A stretch of 64,000 nt of DNA from Torpedo marmorata. Taxonomy: Eukaryota. Location of the stretch: positions 208,320,001 through 208,384,000 of the forward strand of contig OZ360222.1 in assembly GCA_977017645.1 (NCBI GenBank). The letters run 5' to 3'. Made by a program: the position numbers and the translations under genes. This document shows, one piece after another, positions 1 to 10,994 of this stretch. How positions within the stretch are numbered: the stretch's first letter is position 1; each line of letters opens with the position of its first letter. The notes beneath the pieces were generated by a model that ran no database searches, had not been told where the DNA came from, and saw only the letters and a list, made by a program, of their open reading frames with translations.

Positions 1-164
1 ATTGTGGTCACAGGACTTCAGTATCCTATTCCTGCTTTCTCTGTACTCCTTTTGTCTCTTTAGCCAATAGGGCCACATTCAACTCCCTTTTGAATCTATA
101 TAACGATACTAGAGTGGATGTGTAGTGGTCTTTTTTGACTGGAGACTCTTAGCACATTGAACTG

Positions 165-850
165 GGCAACACAGGAATAGGTGCTTTGGCCCACTATGTC
201 TGTGCTGACCATGATGCCAAATTAATGTAAATCTCTTCTGCCTGCACATGATGCATAATCCCTCCATTCCCTGCATTTTCATGTTTATCTAGAATCCTCT
301 TAAATGCCACGATTGCATCTGCTTCCGCCACTACCCCTGGCAGCCCATTCCAGGCACTTACCATTCTCTGTGTAAAATATAAAATCTTGGCCCACACATT
401 TCCTTTAAACTCCCCCCTCCCCCTCACCTTAAATACATGACCTCTCGTGTTTGATCATTTTATCCTGGGAAATAGATTCGGACCGTCTTCCCTTTCCATG
501 TCTCTCATAATTTTATAAACTTCTATCACATCTATCTTTCCTCAGCCTTTACGCTTCAGAGAAAACAAGCTAAATTTGTTCAACCTCTCTTTATGGCTCA
601 TACCCTCTAATCCAGGCAACATCCTGGTAAATTTCTTTTGTACCCTTTCCAAAGCCTTCCTGTAAATTGCATGCAATACCTCAAGTGCATCTTAACCAAA
701 GTTTTCTGCAGCTGCAACATGACTTCCTTACTCTTGGATGCAGTGCCCCACCCAATGAAGGCAAGCATGTCTTCTTTACAACCCTGTCTATTTGCAGGGC
801 TACTTTCCGGGAGTGATGGCTTGGACCCCAGATTCCTCTGCACATCAAAT
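165..850 (-). mobile_element. CR1 LINE 3' fragment, decayed
   Basis: ORF 194..427 contains FTQRMVSAWNGLPGVVAEADAIVAFKRILDKH, the CR1 ORF2 C-terminus. ORF 607..927 has KEVMLQLQKTLV..HLRYCMQF. Confidence 0.85.
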
Positions 851-1180
851 AGCATGTGGTAGGAGCTGGAAAACGCAATGTATGGGTTAAGTGTAAATAA
901 ACCACAACCTTTGTATGCCATGCACATACTGTGCCTTAATACATTTGTGAAGACATTGCTGTCCTTGACTTATAACATCCGGACCTCATGAAAGTGCAGT
1001 GTCAACAAACTCACATCAGATTGGTAAAGTGGCACTAAAGTGTAGGAATAAGGGAGAGTTGCCCTTGATTTCCACTTTCTGGTTAGCCTTATCTTCTCAC
1101 CTATCTTCTATCATTCTTTCCTACCATGACATCATCCTGGGCTGAAAGTTCTTATCCTCTCAATTTGGTTTCTCGATGTT

Positions 1181-2099
1181 GCAGGTGACACTAACATTGG
1201 AGGCGTTGTGGACAGCGAGGAAGGTTTTCAAAGCTTGCAGAGGGATCTGGACCAGCTGGAAAAATGGGCTGAAAAATGGCAGATGGAATTTAATGCAGAC
1301 AAGTGTGAGGTGTTGCATTTTGGAAGGACAAACCAAGAATGGATGTACAAGGTGAATGGTAGGGCACTGAGGAGTGCGGTAGAACAGAGGGACCTGGGAA
1401 TACAGATACATAATTCCCTGAAAGTAGCGTCACAGGTGGATAGGGTTGTAAAGAGAGCTTTTGGCATATTGGCCTTCATAAATGAAAGTATTGAGTATAG
1501 GAGCTGGGATGCTATGGTAAAGTTGTATAAGACATTGGTGAGGCCAAATTTGGAGTATTGTGTGCAGTTTTGGTCACCTAACTACAGGAAAGATATCAAT
1601 AAGATAGAAAGAGTGCAGAGAAGATTTACTAGGATGTTGCCCGGACTTCAGGAACTGAGTTACAGGGAAAGGTTAAACAGGTTAGGACTTTATTCCCTGG
1701 AGCATAGAAGAATGAGGGGACATTTGATAGAGGCATTTAAAATTATGAGGGGGATAGACAGAGTAAATGTAGATAGGCTTTTTCCACTGAGGGTAGGTGA
1801 GATACAAACCAGAGGACATGGGTTAAGAGTGAAAGGGGAAAGGTTTAGGGGGAAAGTGAGGGGAAACTTCTTCACACAGAGAATAGTGGGAGTGTGGAAC
1901 AAGCTGCCAGCTGAGGTGGTGAATGCAGGCTCAATTTTAACATTTAAGAAGAATTTGGACAGGTACATGGATGGGAGGGGTATGGAGGGCTATGGACTGG
2001 GTGCGGGTCAATGGGACTAGGCAAAAAAAAATGGTTCGGCACAGACTAGAAGGGCCGAAGGGGCCTGTTGCTGTGCTGTAGTGTTCTATGGTTCTATGA
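1181..2099 (+). mobile_element. 5'-truncated young CR1 LINE; open ORF2 C-terminal part (RT thumb/C-terminus, 1208..2020)
   Basis: Uninterrupted 270-aa ORF with [43 protein letters not shown] and NFFTQRIVGVWNKLP. Ends in a (GTTCTATG)n-type CR1 tail at about 2082-2099. Confidence 0.95.
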
Positions 2100-2838
2100 T
2101 TAAAACCCCTTGAATTTTCCATCACCCACTTCTTAAATGTCTGTGAAAATTCATGGAGTGAAAGTTGCTTGTTTGGCCCTTGTGCTTTTTGGCTTTAGTT
2201 TCACAAGAATTCAGGTTCTTCCAATGCTAATCATATCAAAAAGGGGCACAGCCTCAGTGTCTGCAGGGTGAACAAATATACACATTGTAATTATTGTTTC
2301 AAATGTACTTGACTCTTCTCCTTGGGCCTGAATGGTCTGATGCAACTTCATCTAAAACACCATGTGGCGTGGCAAATAGTTTGCTGTCTGTAAGATTCTG
2401 GTAATCCTGAACAATCACAGCCAAGAACATTCAGTATAGGAAGCAGTGTTAATAAATAAAAATATATACATCAAGATAATGTTGACCACAGAGTGAGGAT
2501 AATGCTGTAACAGGAGATTAGAGAAGGGCTGGAAGGAAGGACTCATTACTCCCCAGCTGTCATTGAGACTGCCTGTGTAATTCTCTGCCAGAACAAAAAG
2601 GAGAATGCAGACGAGAAGGAAATAGAACACTATGGTAACTTATTAATCCGGTTTATGTTAGGGAGTCCCTCAGGATCTTGTATTTAGTTAATGTCAAGGC
2701 ATAATGTGTCATGCTATAGGCTAGCCTCTACTTTACCATGATCTATTTGTGAGTTTAAATAGTCCTGTGTTATTAAATTATTTGGGGGAAGGTGACAGAA
2801 CCAATACTGGTCCCACTTGCACCTGTAATTCTCACTAG

Positions 2839-3085
2839 TAAAAGGTAAAAGTTCCATTATTGTCACGCAATACTACATTTAGAATGTAACATACATGAAA
2901 TTCTTTCATTTTTGTCTACTGTAAGGCAGACAAAGAGTCGCTTCTTTGTCCAGGGCCCCTCTCAGAAACCTACAGCACCTGGTGTTCCTTGGCAGTCTCC
3001 CCTCCAAGTACTGACCAGTCCTGTGCCTGCTTAGCTTCGGAGATCAGACAATCCCAGTCATATTCAGGCTATTGGTGCTGTTAGG
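2839..3085 (-). mobile_element. 5S rRNA-derived SINE (5S head 2966..3085, LINE-like tail 2839..2965)
   Basis: The reverse complement of 2966..3085 aligns by eye to vertebrate 5S rRNA (TCTGATCTCCGAAGCTAAGCAGG...AGTACTTGGAGGGGAGACTGCC...CAGGTGCTGTAGGTTT). It is followed by a tail ending GTGACAATAATGGAACTTTTACCTTTT that is homologous to 50020-50074/51185-51258. Confidence 0.8.
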
Positions 3086-3739
3086 TTTGAGGGATTGCAG
3101 ATTTTAGTTCACTGGTTAAAATATATTAAAGGCATGTCAATGTGTGAAATAAACAGGCAGAGGATTTCAATATAGCAGCAGACACAGTTTTACAGGAGTA
3201 TGTTAAATAGCGAACACACTGGCACTTATCTGAACTAAAGGCAACAAGAGATGGAGGCAGCATTCTCTCCTGCTGAACCAGAAATCTATTCTAAATTATA
3301 ACAGCTCAACCATGGCATAACGTGGGATCAATGGCTCAACAGTGAGGACGAGTTGGACCTGAGAGCTTTGGAGTTGTTCTACAACAGTGAAACAAACCTT
3401 CTGTTGCACCCTCTCTCCCACGACCATTCCTTCAGAATCTTTCCCCTCTCATTCCCTCTAGTTTTAGACTCACCGACCCTGGGAAAAATACCATAACTGT
3501 TTACCTTATCTATTGCCCTCATGATTTTATAAACCACTGACAGTGCTTCATTTAGTCTCCAACGCTCCAGAGAGATAGATATAGGAGTGCAAAGTTGTTT
3601 CTGATCTTGGATCGTGTGGCTGATTCTGCCTTATCCCTGCATCAAATACACACGGTTACCCACTTTAGGAATGGCAAGGGGCTAGCATTGCCCTCGGGCT
3701 GAGGTGAGTGGCTCTGGGCTGCTCTGGAACAAGAGCAGC

Positions 3740-4690
3740 GCACAAAATGCTGGAGGAACTCAACGGGCCAGGCAGCATCCTGGAAGGTAATAGACAGTCG
3801 AAGTTTCAATAGAACATAGAAATCTACAGCACATTACAGGCACTTCGACCCACAATGTTGTACTGACCTAATAACCTACTTTCAACAACTGCCTAGACTT
3901 TCCTGACTGCATACGCTTCAATTTTTCTCAGCTCCGTGTACCTATCTAATAGGCTCTTAAAAGATCCCTTTGTACCTGCCTCTACCGCTGTTACTGGCAG
4001 CACATCCCATGCACCCATCACTCTCTGTATGAAAAACACCTCTTACATCCCCCTGTACTTTCTCCCAAGCACCTTAAAACTATGCCCCCTGGTGTCAGCC
4101 ATTTCAGCCCTGGGAAAAAGCCTCTGCCCAGTTATACATCAATGCCTCTCAACATCTTATACACCTCTATCAGGTCACCCCTCCATCCTCTGTCGCTGCA
4201 AGGAGAAAAGATCAAGTTCACTCAACCTGTCCTAATAAGGCATGCTCTCCAATCCAAGTAGTGTCCCAGTAAATCTTCTCTGTACCCTCTTTATAGCAAC
4301 AGGCCAAAACCCTTCATTAGGAGTAGCAAGGCAGAACCCAGAATAAAAGGAAGGGTGATGGGAGGAGGAAGAGTACGAGCTGGTAAGTGATAGGTGAATA
4401 CAGGTTGGGAGGGGGTGTGAAGCTGGATGGGGAGGGGCAGAAGAGATGGTGAAAAGGTAAGGAGCTTAGAGGTGATGAGAGGAAGCAGCAGGGGATTGGG
4501 GAAGATGCAATCTGATAGGAGAGGACAGTAGATCATAGAATGAAGTTGGGGCACTAGAGGAAGGAAGGTGTGGGTGACAGGTGGGTGGGGGAGGGAAAAG
4601 AAAAGGAGGAATGGAGCCAGAGCAACCATGAAAAGCAAGGGAGCTGGATAGAAAACAACGATCAAGAGGCTGGCTCAACCTTAGTGTTTT
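3740..4690 (-). mobile_element. Penelope-like pLTR/3' region, split by a CR1 insertion
   Basis: ACAAAATGCTGGAGGAACTCAACGGGCCAGGCAGCATC...GTTTC at 3742-3808 resumes at about 4300 (GGCCAAAACCCTTCATTAGG) and runs into a purine-rich tract, as in the copy at 7070-7834. Confidence 0.6.
3809..4291 (-). mobile_element. CR1 LINE 3' fragment
   Basis: Starts with the ATAGAACATAGA tail complement. The body is antisense to the CR1 C-terminus (CCTTAAAACTATGCCCCCT...TCTATCAGGTCACCCCTC...AATCTTCTCTGTACCCT). Confidence 0.85.
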
Positions 4691-5321
4691 GATGAGTAGG
4701 CCCCAAATAATAGCAAGGTCAGGTATGTAAGAAAAGACCATGACCCAATACCTGGTTGAGTGGTTGTATTGCATAGATTGGCACTGAGACATCACCAACT
4801 GTGGATGTTCGAGGTTCTTAAGCTAATTGGGGCAGCAGTTAAGGACTGACAACTTGCCTGGATGTCAGTGGATGAGAAAGGATTGCCATCCTATGGTGGC
4901 ACCACTCTGATGAACTTTGGGTGTGAGTAATATTGGGCTTGGGTGTGCAGTTGGCCCCCAGTTAAGTTGTCCTCTGGCAATAGTTGAGAAAGATGAATGT
5001 GCCAAGGTCCACCGCAGAGGCAGTATGGAGGTGGAAAAGAATGCAAGAAGTCAATCATTGAATGTTTTAATAATTGGCTGATGTGGAGTCTGAGGGAGGG
5101 CTTAAAAAAAGTAAAGGGAACAAGTGAAGGAATTAAAGAGTTTGGAAAATAGGAATATGGACAGATTGAATTAATGAAAGTACTCTGATGTGTCTAGGAA
5201 CAAAGCGGAAAGGGAGAGAGCCCAGAATGCTTCCTGTGAAATTGGACTGGACAAAAGATAAATGTTTAATGTACAACGGCCTTTATAAATAGTGACAACA
5301 GGATTATTGCAAGTTGGATGA

Positions 5322-5345
5322 AGAGAGAGAGAGAGAGAGAGAGAG
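5322..5345. repeat. (GA)n microsatellite
   Basis: Direct reading. Confidence 0.95.
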
Positions 5346-5529
5346 TGGTTGACGGCTGGAGATGAGAGAAAGATCGGAGCCTTCAGGAGAGCAGGGGAAT
5401 TTCAAATAGCCACAGATAAGATTGAAAATAACTACCGGTAGATCCCTCATCCCAACCCCTATTTATCCAGCTTGGTATTTTTTTCAATCATTTCTTTGCT
5501 TTTTATTATCTTTCTTATTTACTAATTAT

Positions 5530-5850
5530 ACTATAGGAAGCAGTTTGGCCCATTTGGTCCATGTTAGCTTCCAGCAGAGCAACACTAATCCACTTCTTCA
5601 TTCACTGAAGGCTGTTCTTTCACATATCCCCATCAATTTCTCTTTAATTATTTTTGCCTCTTTCCTACACCAGATAATTTGCAGTGGCCAATTAACCTAC
5701 GAGCTGTCTTTGGGATGTGGGAGGAAACTGAAGCCCCCAGAGGAAACCGATGCAGACGCAAAGTGTGCACACTCCACACAGACAACACCCGAGGTCAGGA
5801 TTGAACCCAGGTCCTTGGAGCTGTGAGACAGCAGGATTAACTGCAGTATC
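5530..5850 (-). mobile_element. tRNA-derived V-domain SINE, diverged
   Basis: GTGGGAGGAAACTGAAGCCCCCAGAGGAAACC (antisense V-domain) and GGATTGAACCC (antisense B-box). Confidence 0.75.
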
Positions 5851-6002
5851 ACCTTTCTAACCTTCCTGTTGGAAAGGTTTTCAACAAGTCTAAACAATTA
5901 TGCTTACCCTCAAAGAAAATCTGTTAAAACAATTTGATTTTTTAAAGGCTTCACCTTTCCACATTCAAGATATTTCTTCCAGAATTGCAGTCAAAAAACA
6001 AA

Positions 6003-6066
6003 ACAATAGTTAAATCTAAAAAGATGTGGATTGTACAATAGTTAAATCTAAAAAGATGTGGATTGT
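6003..6066. repeat. Perfect 32-bp tandem duplication
   Basis: ACAATAGTTAAATCTAAAAAGATGTGGATTGT occurs at 6003-6034 and 6035-6066. Confidence 0.95.
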
Positions 6067-6764
6067 CTCACTCACAGTTCACTCCAGTAATTTGTTGATG
6101 TACATATAAACCATTTAAAATAAAATAGATGGTAACATGATCTGATGCATCAAATTGGCATTGTGCCTTGTGAGGATATGGTTAGATTTTGAAAAGAATT
6201 TGCAAAAGAATTGTTATCATGTGTGTTTTTTTAACTACGCATTTGAATCACTGGATTCCTCAAGCATTACCTCGATGATCTGCACTGATTCATCACCTTA
6301 ATAAAAGTCAGTGTGGAATTTCAGCTGTTTGGAGATGGAAGACCTGCCTGCCCTGTAACACCTGCATAACACAACATGCCTCCCATCCAACAATCTGCTT
6401 CTTGCTTCCTCTTCAACTGTGATGCCAATAATTGTAGAGGTATGGCCCTGCTTGGCCCATTGCTGGAGGCCTTCCTTCAGGAACAGGTCAGGCAGAAGGA
6501 AACGTGCTTTGACATTTAGGGCTGTGAAGCATGTTTGGATTTCACTCACTGTCACTTAGGGTTGAGTCTTGTCAAGGGTTTTCTTCAATCAACAGCAGAC
6601 AAGGAATGTGGTGTCAATGAGTCAGAGAGTAATATCTTGTACAATATTTTGGTGGGTTTGGTTTGTTTGGTGTAGTTTTGGACCATCTGTCTGTGATCGG
6701 TTGTTTTGGAATATAATAGCTGGTAGGTCTGGGTGTGATGCTTTGGTTCATCTGAGTTTGATTA

Positions 6765-7069
6765 GAGTTGCAGTACACAGAAACAGGCTCTTTGGCCCAT
6801 CATATATCCCTGCCAACTATCAAATATCTATCCATAATAATTCCGTTAACTGTCATTTTGTCCGCAGCCTTCCAAGCCTTGGCAATTCAATTGCTTGCCT
6901 AGATACTTCTCAAATGTTTTGAGAATACCTGCCTCCATCACCCACGCTGGCAGTGTGTTCCAGATTCTAACCACTCTTGAGGTGAAAAGGTTCTTCCTCA
7001 AATCCTCTCTAAACCTCTCACCCCTTATCCTAAACTCATGCCCTCTAGTATTACATACCTCTGCTGACA
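6765..7069 (-). mobile_element. CR1 LINE 3' fragment
   Basis: ORF 6846..7079: NTRGHEFRIRGERFREDLRKNLFTSRVVRIWNTLP. Confidence 0.88.
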
Positions 7070-7834
7070 GTAAAAACACAAAGCTGGAGAAACTCAGCAG
7101 GACAAGCAGGGTCCTTTATATAGCAAAGGTAAAAATACATAACCGACGTTTCGGGCTAGAGCCCTTCATCTAGGTATGGAAAAATGTCGGCAGGCATCCG
7201 AACAAAAGAGTAAGGGGGGAGGTGTGGTCACAAAGGCTGGAAGTGATAGGTGGAGAAGGGAGGGAGGGGACAGCAGCGATCAAAGGGAGGAGGGATGGCT
7301 AGGTGAATAGAGAGAGAAGGGAGGGAGGAGAACTGGAAAGGGAAGGGGGGGAGGGGGAAGAGGAGAGCAGGTTAGCAGAAACCGGAAAAGTCTATGTTAA
7401 TGCCAACTGTCTGGAAAGTGCCCAGACGGAAAATCAGTTGTTGTTCCTCCAATTTGTGGGTGGTCTTGGTGGGACAGTACATAAGGCCATAGACAGACAG
7501 GTGAGTATGGGAGTGTGACACAGAACTGAAATGGTTGGCTACTGGGAGGTCTCTGTCACTGTAGTGGACGGAGCGAAGGTGCTCAGCGAAGCGATCTCCC
7601 AATCTGCGCCCAGTCTCTCCGATGAAGAGAAAGCCACAAAGGGAGCACCAGATGCAGTAAATCAGTCCTGCGGATACACAAGTGAAGTGTTGCTTCACTT
7701 GAAAGGCCTGTTAGGGGCCCCGGACCATGGTGAGGGAGGAGGTGTGGGCGCAAGTGTGGCACCTCCTGCGGTCACAGGGGAAGGTGCCGGGGGGGTGGAT
7801 TGGTGGGGAGGGATGAGTGCACGTGTTTTACTTT
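7070..7834 (-). mobile_element. Penelope-like element, 5'-truncated: GIY-YIG endonuclease ORF (7372..7698) plus pLTR with hammerhead-like motif
   Basis: GLIYCIWCSLCGFLFIGETGRRLGDRFAEH...VANHF...EQQLIFRLGT..GINIDF is the PLE GIY-YIG domain. 14-bp TSD TACCTCTGCTGACA at 7056-7069 and 7835-7848. Hammerhead-like motif at 7141-7177 (minus strand). Confidence 0.92.
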
Positions 7835-7924
7835 TACCTCTGCTGACATCTACCTTTTCGATGACTCTGGTCCATCTGAGCGTTGTGTTTGAGGTGTCTT
7901 GGTATGATATTTAGTGAGTGTCAG

Positions 7925-8280
7925 TGTTGTAGCGCGTCGCTACGGTTATAGCTTTGCGCGTCGAGTTGGTCGTCGCTCTAGTTCTGGAGCTCAAGAGGGA
8001 GATACACACCCTCTGAGCGTCAAGACAGAACTGCCTATTCTGCCGTCGGCTCTGCCTTTTAAAGGCAGGGCCGAGCCTGACTGCTGCGTCACTGATGGGG
8101 CGTGGCGCGACGCCCAGGATTGGTCGGGCCACGATCCATCCTTAGGGATTGGCCCGTTCCCTCCTTGCCGTTGTGGCCTATGGGAACGGGCCGTCCAAAT
8201 CACGTGCCGCCTGCGCGTTCGTCGTGTTCGACCACGGCTCCCTGAGTCGGCCTGCGGAGTAGGTCGCGGGCTGCTACAGT
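7925..8280 (-). promoter_or_regulatory. CpG-rich promoter-like island
   Basis: Dense CpG in a CpG-depleted window. Motifs: CACGTG 8201-8206, two CCAAT boxes (ATTGG 8148-8152 and 8119-8123), GC box GGGGCGTGGC 8097-8106, CRE-like TGCGTCA 8085-8091, TTTTAAA 8057-8063. The order suits minus-strand initiation near 8030. Confidence 0.55.
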
Positions 8281-8309
8281 GTCATGATAAAATTGTTGTG
8301 CTTTCCCAA

Positions 8310-9150
8310 TAAATTGAAGTATTGAATATAAGGACAGGGAGGTTAGATAAGTTCACACAATTTTCTTGGAGCAGAAGCATATAATTGAGGCATATAAAAT
8401 GATGAGTGGAGAAGACAGAATTAATAAAAAGGATCTATTTCCTTTAACAGAGAGGTCTGAAACTAGGAGGCATCTATTAAAAGCAATTAGTAGAAGGACG
8501 AGGGGAAAGATTAAGGTTTTCTTTGTACCAAGATGATGTTAGGGGTCTGAAACACATTGTCAAAAATTATGGGAGAAGCAGAAACCCTCCTCATATTGAG
8601 AAAGTATCAGTGGTGTCACTCGAGTTGGTGTCACCCCCCCCCCCCCACCATGGACCGAGTGTACAAGTGTACCGAGCGTAGAAGAAACAGGTGTGTGTTC
8701 CTTGTATGTCCCGGGTGGTGGCGGTGGCGCTGAGCAGAGGGGGGGGCTCTGACCGGAGTGCATTAGAAGGTTCAAAAAGTAAATTAGCAAAGAGTTTTAG
8801 CCTTGTAGGTATATTGATACATGTAAGCTGGGCTTACGAAAAATGTTTTTGTTGTTATAACTAACTACAGGGATATTTTTATTTAAAAAAATTAATTTCT
8901 GCTGAAACACTGCACAAAAATTTTATAGACAGTCATTTTGGTGTCACCCCTCTGATGGTGTCACCCGGTGCGGTCCGCACCCCCAGCACCCCCCTAGTGA
9001 CGCCAGTGGAAAGTATGTGGACATGCACTTGAAGAGCTTTGACCTGCATGACCACAGATCTGATGCTGGAAGATGGGTTCGTACGGACAATCTCATTCTT
9101 GACTAGCACAGACATGTTGAATGAATGGCCTCCTCCAGTGTCATAAACTT
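8310..9150 (+). mobile_element. Old CR1 3' fragment interrupted by a hAT MITE
   Basis: ATAATTGAGGCATATAAAATGATGAG...AAACTAGGAGGCATC...GGGGTCTGAAACACATTG resembles the CR1 C-terminus and continues after 9016. Confidence 0.6.
8608..9008. mobile_element. Non-autonomous hAT (Tip100-like) MITE, 401 bp
   Basis: TIRs CAGTGGTGTCACT / AGTGACGCCAGTG, 8-bp TSD GAAAGTAT (8600-8607, 9009-9016), and repeated subterminal GGTGTCACCC motifs. Confidence 0.88.
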
Positions 9151-9164
9151 TCAGTGGTTCCATG

Positions 9165-9890
9165 TTTGTTGTGTCTAGGTGTGAGTGTGTTAATGGTCTG
9201 GGTGCGAGTGTGTGAATGGGATGGATATGAGTGTGTGAATGGGATGGGTATGTGTATGTGAATGGTCTGCACCTGAGTGTTTGAATGGTATAGGTGTGAG
9301 TGTATGAATGGGATGGATGTGAGTGTGTGAGTGCTGCTGTCGGAGAGCAGCAATCATCAAGGATCCACACCACCCAGGACATGCTCTGTTTTCGCTACTG
9401 CCATCAGGAAAGAGGTATAGGTGCCACAAGACTCGTACCACCAGGTTCAGGAACAGTTTCTACCACTCCACCATACGACTCCTAAACAACAGACACTAGT
9501 AGAGACTCATTTAAGGACTCTTACTTTGCATATTATTTATTACTAGTTTTTTTTCTGTATTTGCACAGTCAGTTTGTTTACATTTCTTTCTTGGTTTACA
9601 TTTCTCTATTTTGTATACATTTATTTTTCTTGAGTACAGTTTACACTAACAATAAGGAGAAATACAGCCTGGTCCACAGGAAAAAGAATCTCAGGGTTAT
9701 ATGTGATGTCAACTATGTACTCTTGACAATAAATTTGAATTTGAAATTGAACTTGAATGGTGTGGGTGTGTGGATGGTCTGAGTTTATGAATGGTTTGAG
9801 TTTGAGCATGTGAATGGTGTGACTGTGTGTGTGCATGTGCGCTCGTGTGTGTGTGCGTGCGTGTCCGTGCGTGTGTGTGTGTGTGTGTGT
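9165..9890. repeat. Degenerate GT-rich (GTGTGAATGG-type) simple repeat, interrupted by a Rex1/Babar fragment
   Basis: Recurrent GTGTGAATGG/GTGTGT units at 9165-9332 and 9755-9890. Confidence 0.75.
9333..9757 (+). mobile_element. Rex1/Babar LINE 3' end
   Basis: Near-copy of 10565-10994 (GCAGCAATCATCAAGGATCCACACCACCCAG...GGAAAGAGGTATAGGTGCC). Ends GACAATAAA followed by TTGAA-type repeats. Confidence 0.85.
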
Positions 9891-10253
9891 ATTAGAGTTC
9901 CTGGTGGAATCAGGCTGAGAAAGGGTGACTGATTGTGATACTGATGAGAAACGGAAAAAGACAGAGGATCAGATGAAAAAGACTGAAATGCAGAAGAAAG
10001 AAAAGAAAGAGGGGCAGAGTAGGGACGCATTTTGAGGTGGAGAGCTTGTGCATTGTCCGCTGTTTGTCAAGGGAGTATGTGTCACATAGCTGCGTTTCTC
10101 TCTTTCAGTCCCTTGCACTAATCTAAATGCCAGAACACAGACTTTAGCAATGTGGTGATGTTATTGAGACTGCTTTGAGTAATTCCATATGACGTGAAGA
10201 TATTCCCAGGTAGAATTTAACAAACAATCTGGGTCCACTCAAAACCTGGAGCC

Positions 10254-10994
10254 GATGAGGAAATTTAGGTTCTTGGGAGTCACCATCTCGGAGGATCTTT
10301 CCTGGACCCAACACACCAATGGCATCGTGAAGAAAGCACGTCAGCGCCTCTACTTCCTCAGGAGTTTGCGGAGGTTTGGTATGACATCTGAAACCCTGGC
10401 AAATTTCTACAGAGGTGTGATGAAAAGTGTGCTGACCAGCTGCATCACGGTCTGGTATGGTAACACCAATACCCCTGAGCGTAAAGCCCTCCAAAAGGTA
10501 GTGGGCACAGCCCAGGACATTACAGGTAAAACCCTCCCCACTATTGAGTACATCTACAGGGAACGCTGCCGTCGGAGGCCAGCAGCAATCATCAAAGACC
10601 CACACCACCCAGCACACGCTCTGTTCTCGCTGCTGACATCAGGAAAGAGGTATATAGGTGCCACAAGACTCGCACCACCAGGTTCAGGAACAGCTGCTAC
10701 CCCTCTACCATCAGAATCCTCAACGACAAAGTCAATCAGAATTCATTTAAGGACTCTTATGTGCACTTCATTGATTTTCTTTGCTCTCCCTGTATTGCAC
10801 AGTCAGTTTGTTTACATTTGTTATCTATTTACAGTTCTTTTGATTGTTTACATGTTTACGCTGTGTACAGTTTATTTATTTTTTTGCACTACCAATAAGT
10901 GGTAATTCTGCCGCGCCAGCAGGAAAAAGGAATCTCAGGGTTGTATGTGATGTCATGTATGTACTCTGACAATAAATCTGAAATCTGAATCTGA
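10254..10994 (+). mobile_element. Rex1/Babar LINE, 5'-truncated
   Basis: KFRFLGVTISEDLSWTQHTNGIVKKARQRLYFLRSLRRFGM...IIKDPHHPAHALFSLL. Tail GACAATAAATCTGAAATCTGAATCTGA. Confidence 0.9.

Noticed and set aside
1208-2020. 270-aa ORF as a host or domesticated gene
   Set aside because: It is the 5'-truncated C-terminal part of CR1 ORF2 with the CR1 3' tail and has no ATG start; an open frame only shows that the copy is young.
2966-3085. Functional 5S rRNA gene
   Set aside because: Many substitutions, especially in the 5' third; not in a tandem array; fused to a retroposon tail.
7826-7876. Minus-strand first coding exon MDQSHRKGRCQQ with a GTAAAAG donor
   Set aside because: The apparent donor is created by the Penelope insertion junction and TSD; the peptide is not recognisable.
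8097-8135. ER-stress element (ERSE/ERSE-II)
   Set aside because: CCAAT-to-CCACG spacing is 13 nt (ERSE needs 9) and ATTGG-to-CCACG spacing is 5 nt (ERSE-II needs 1).
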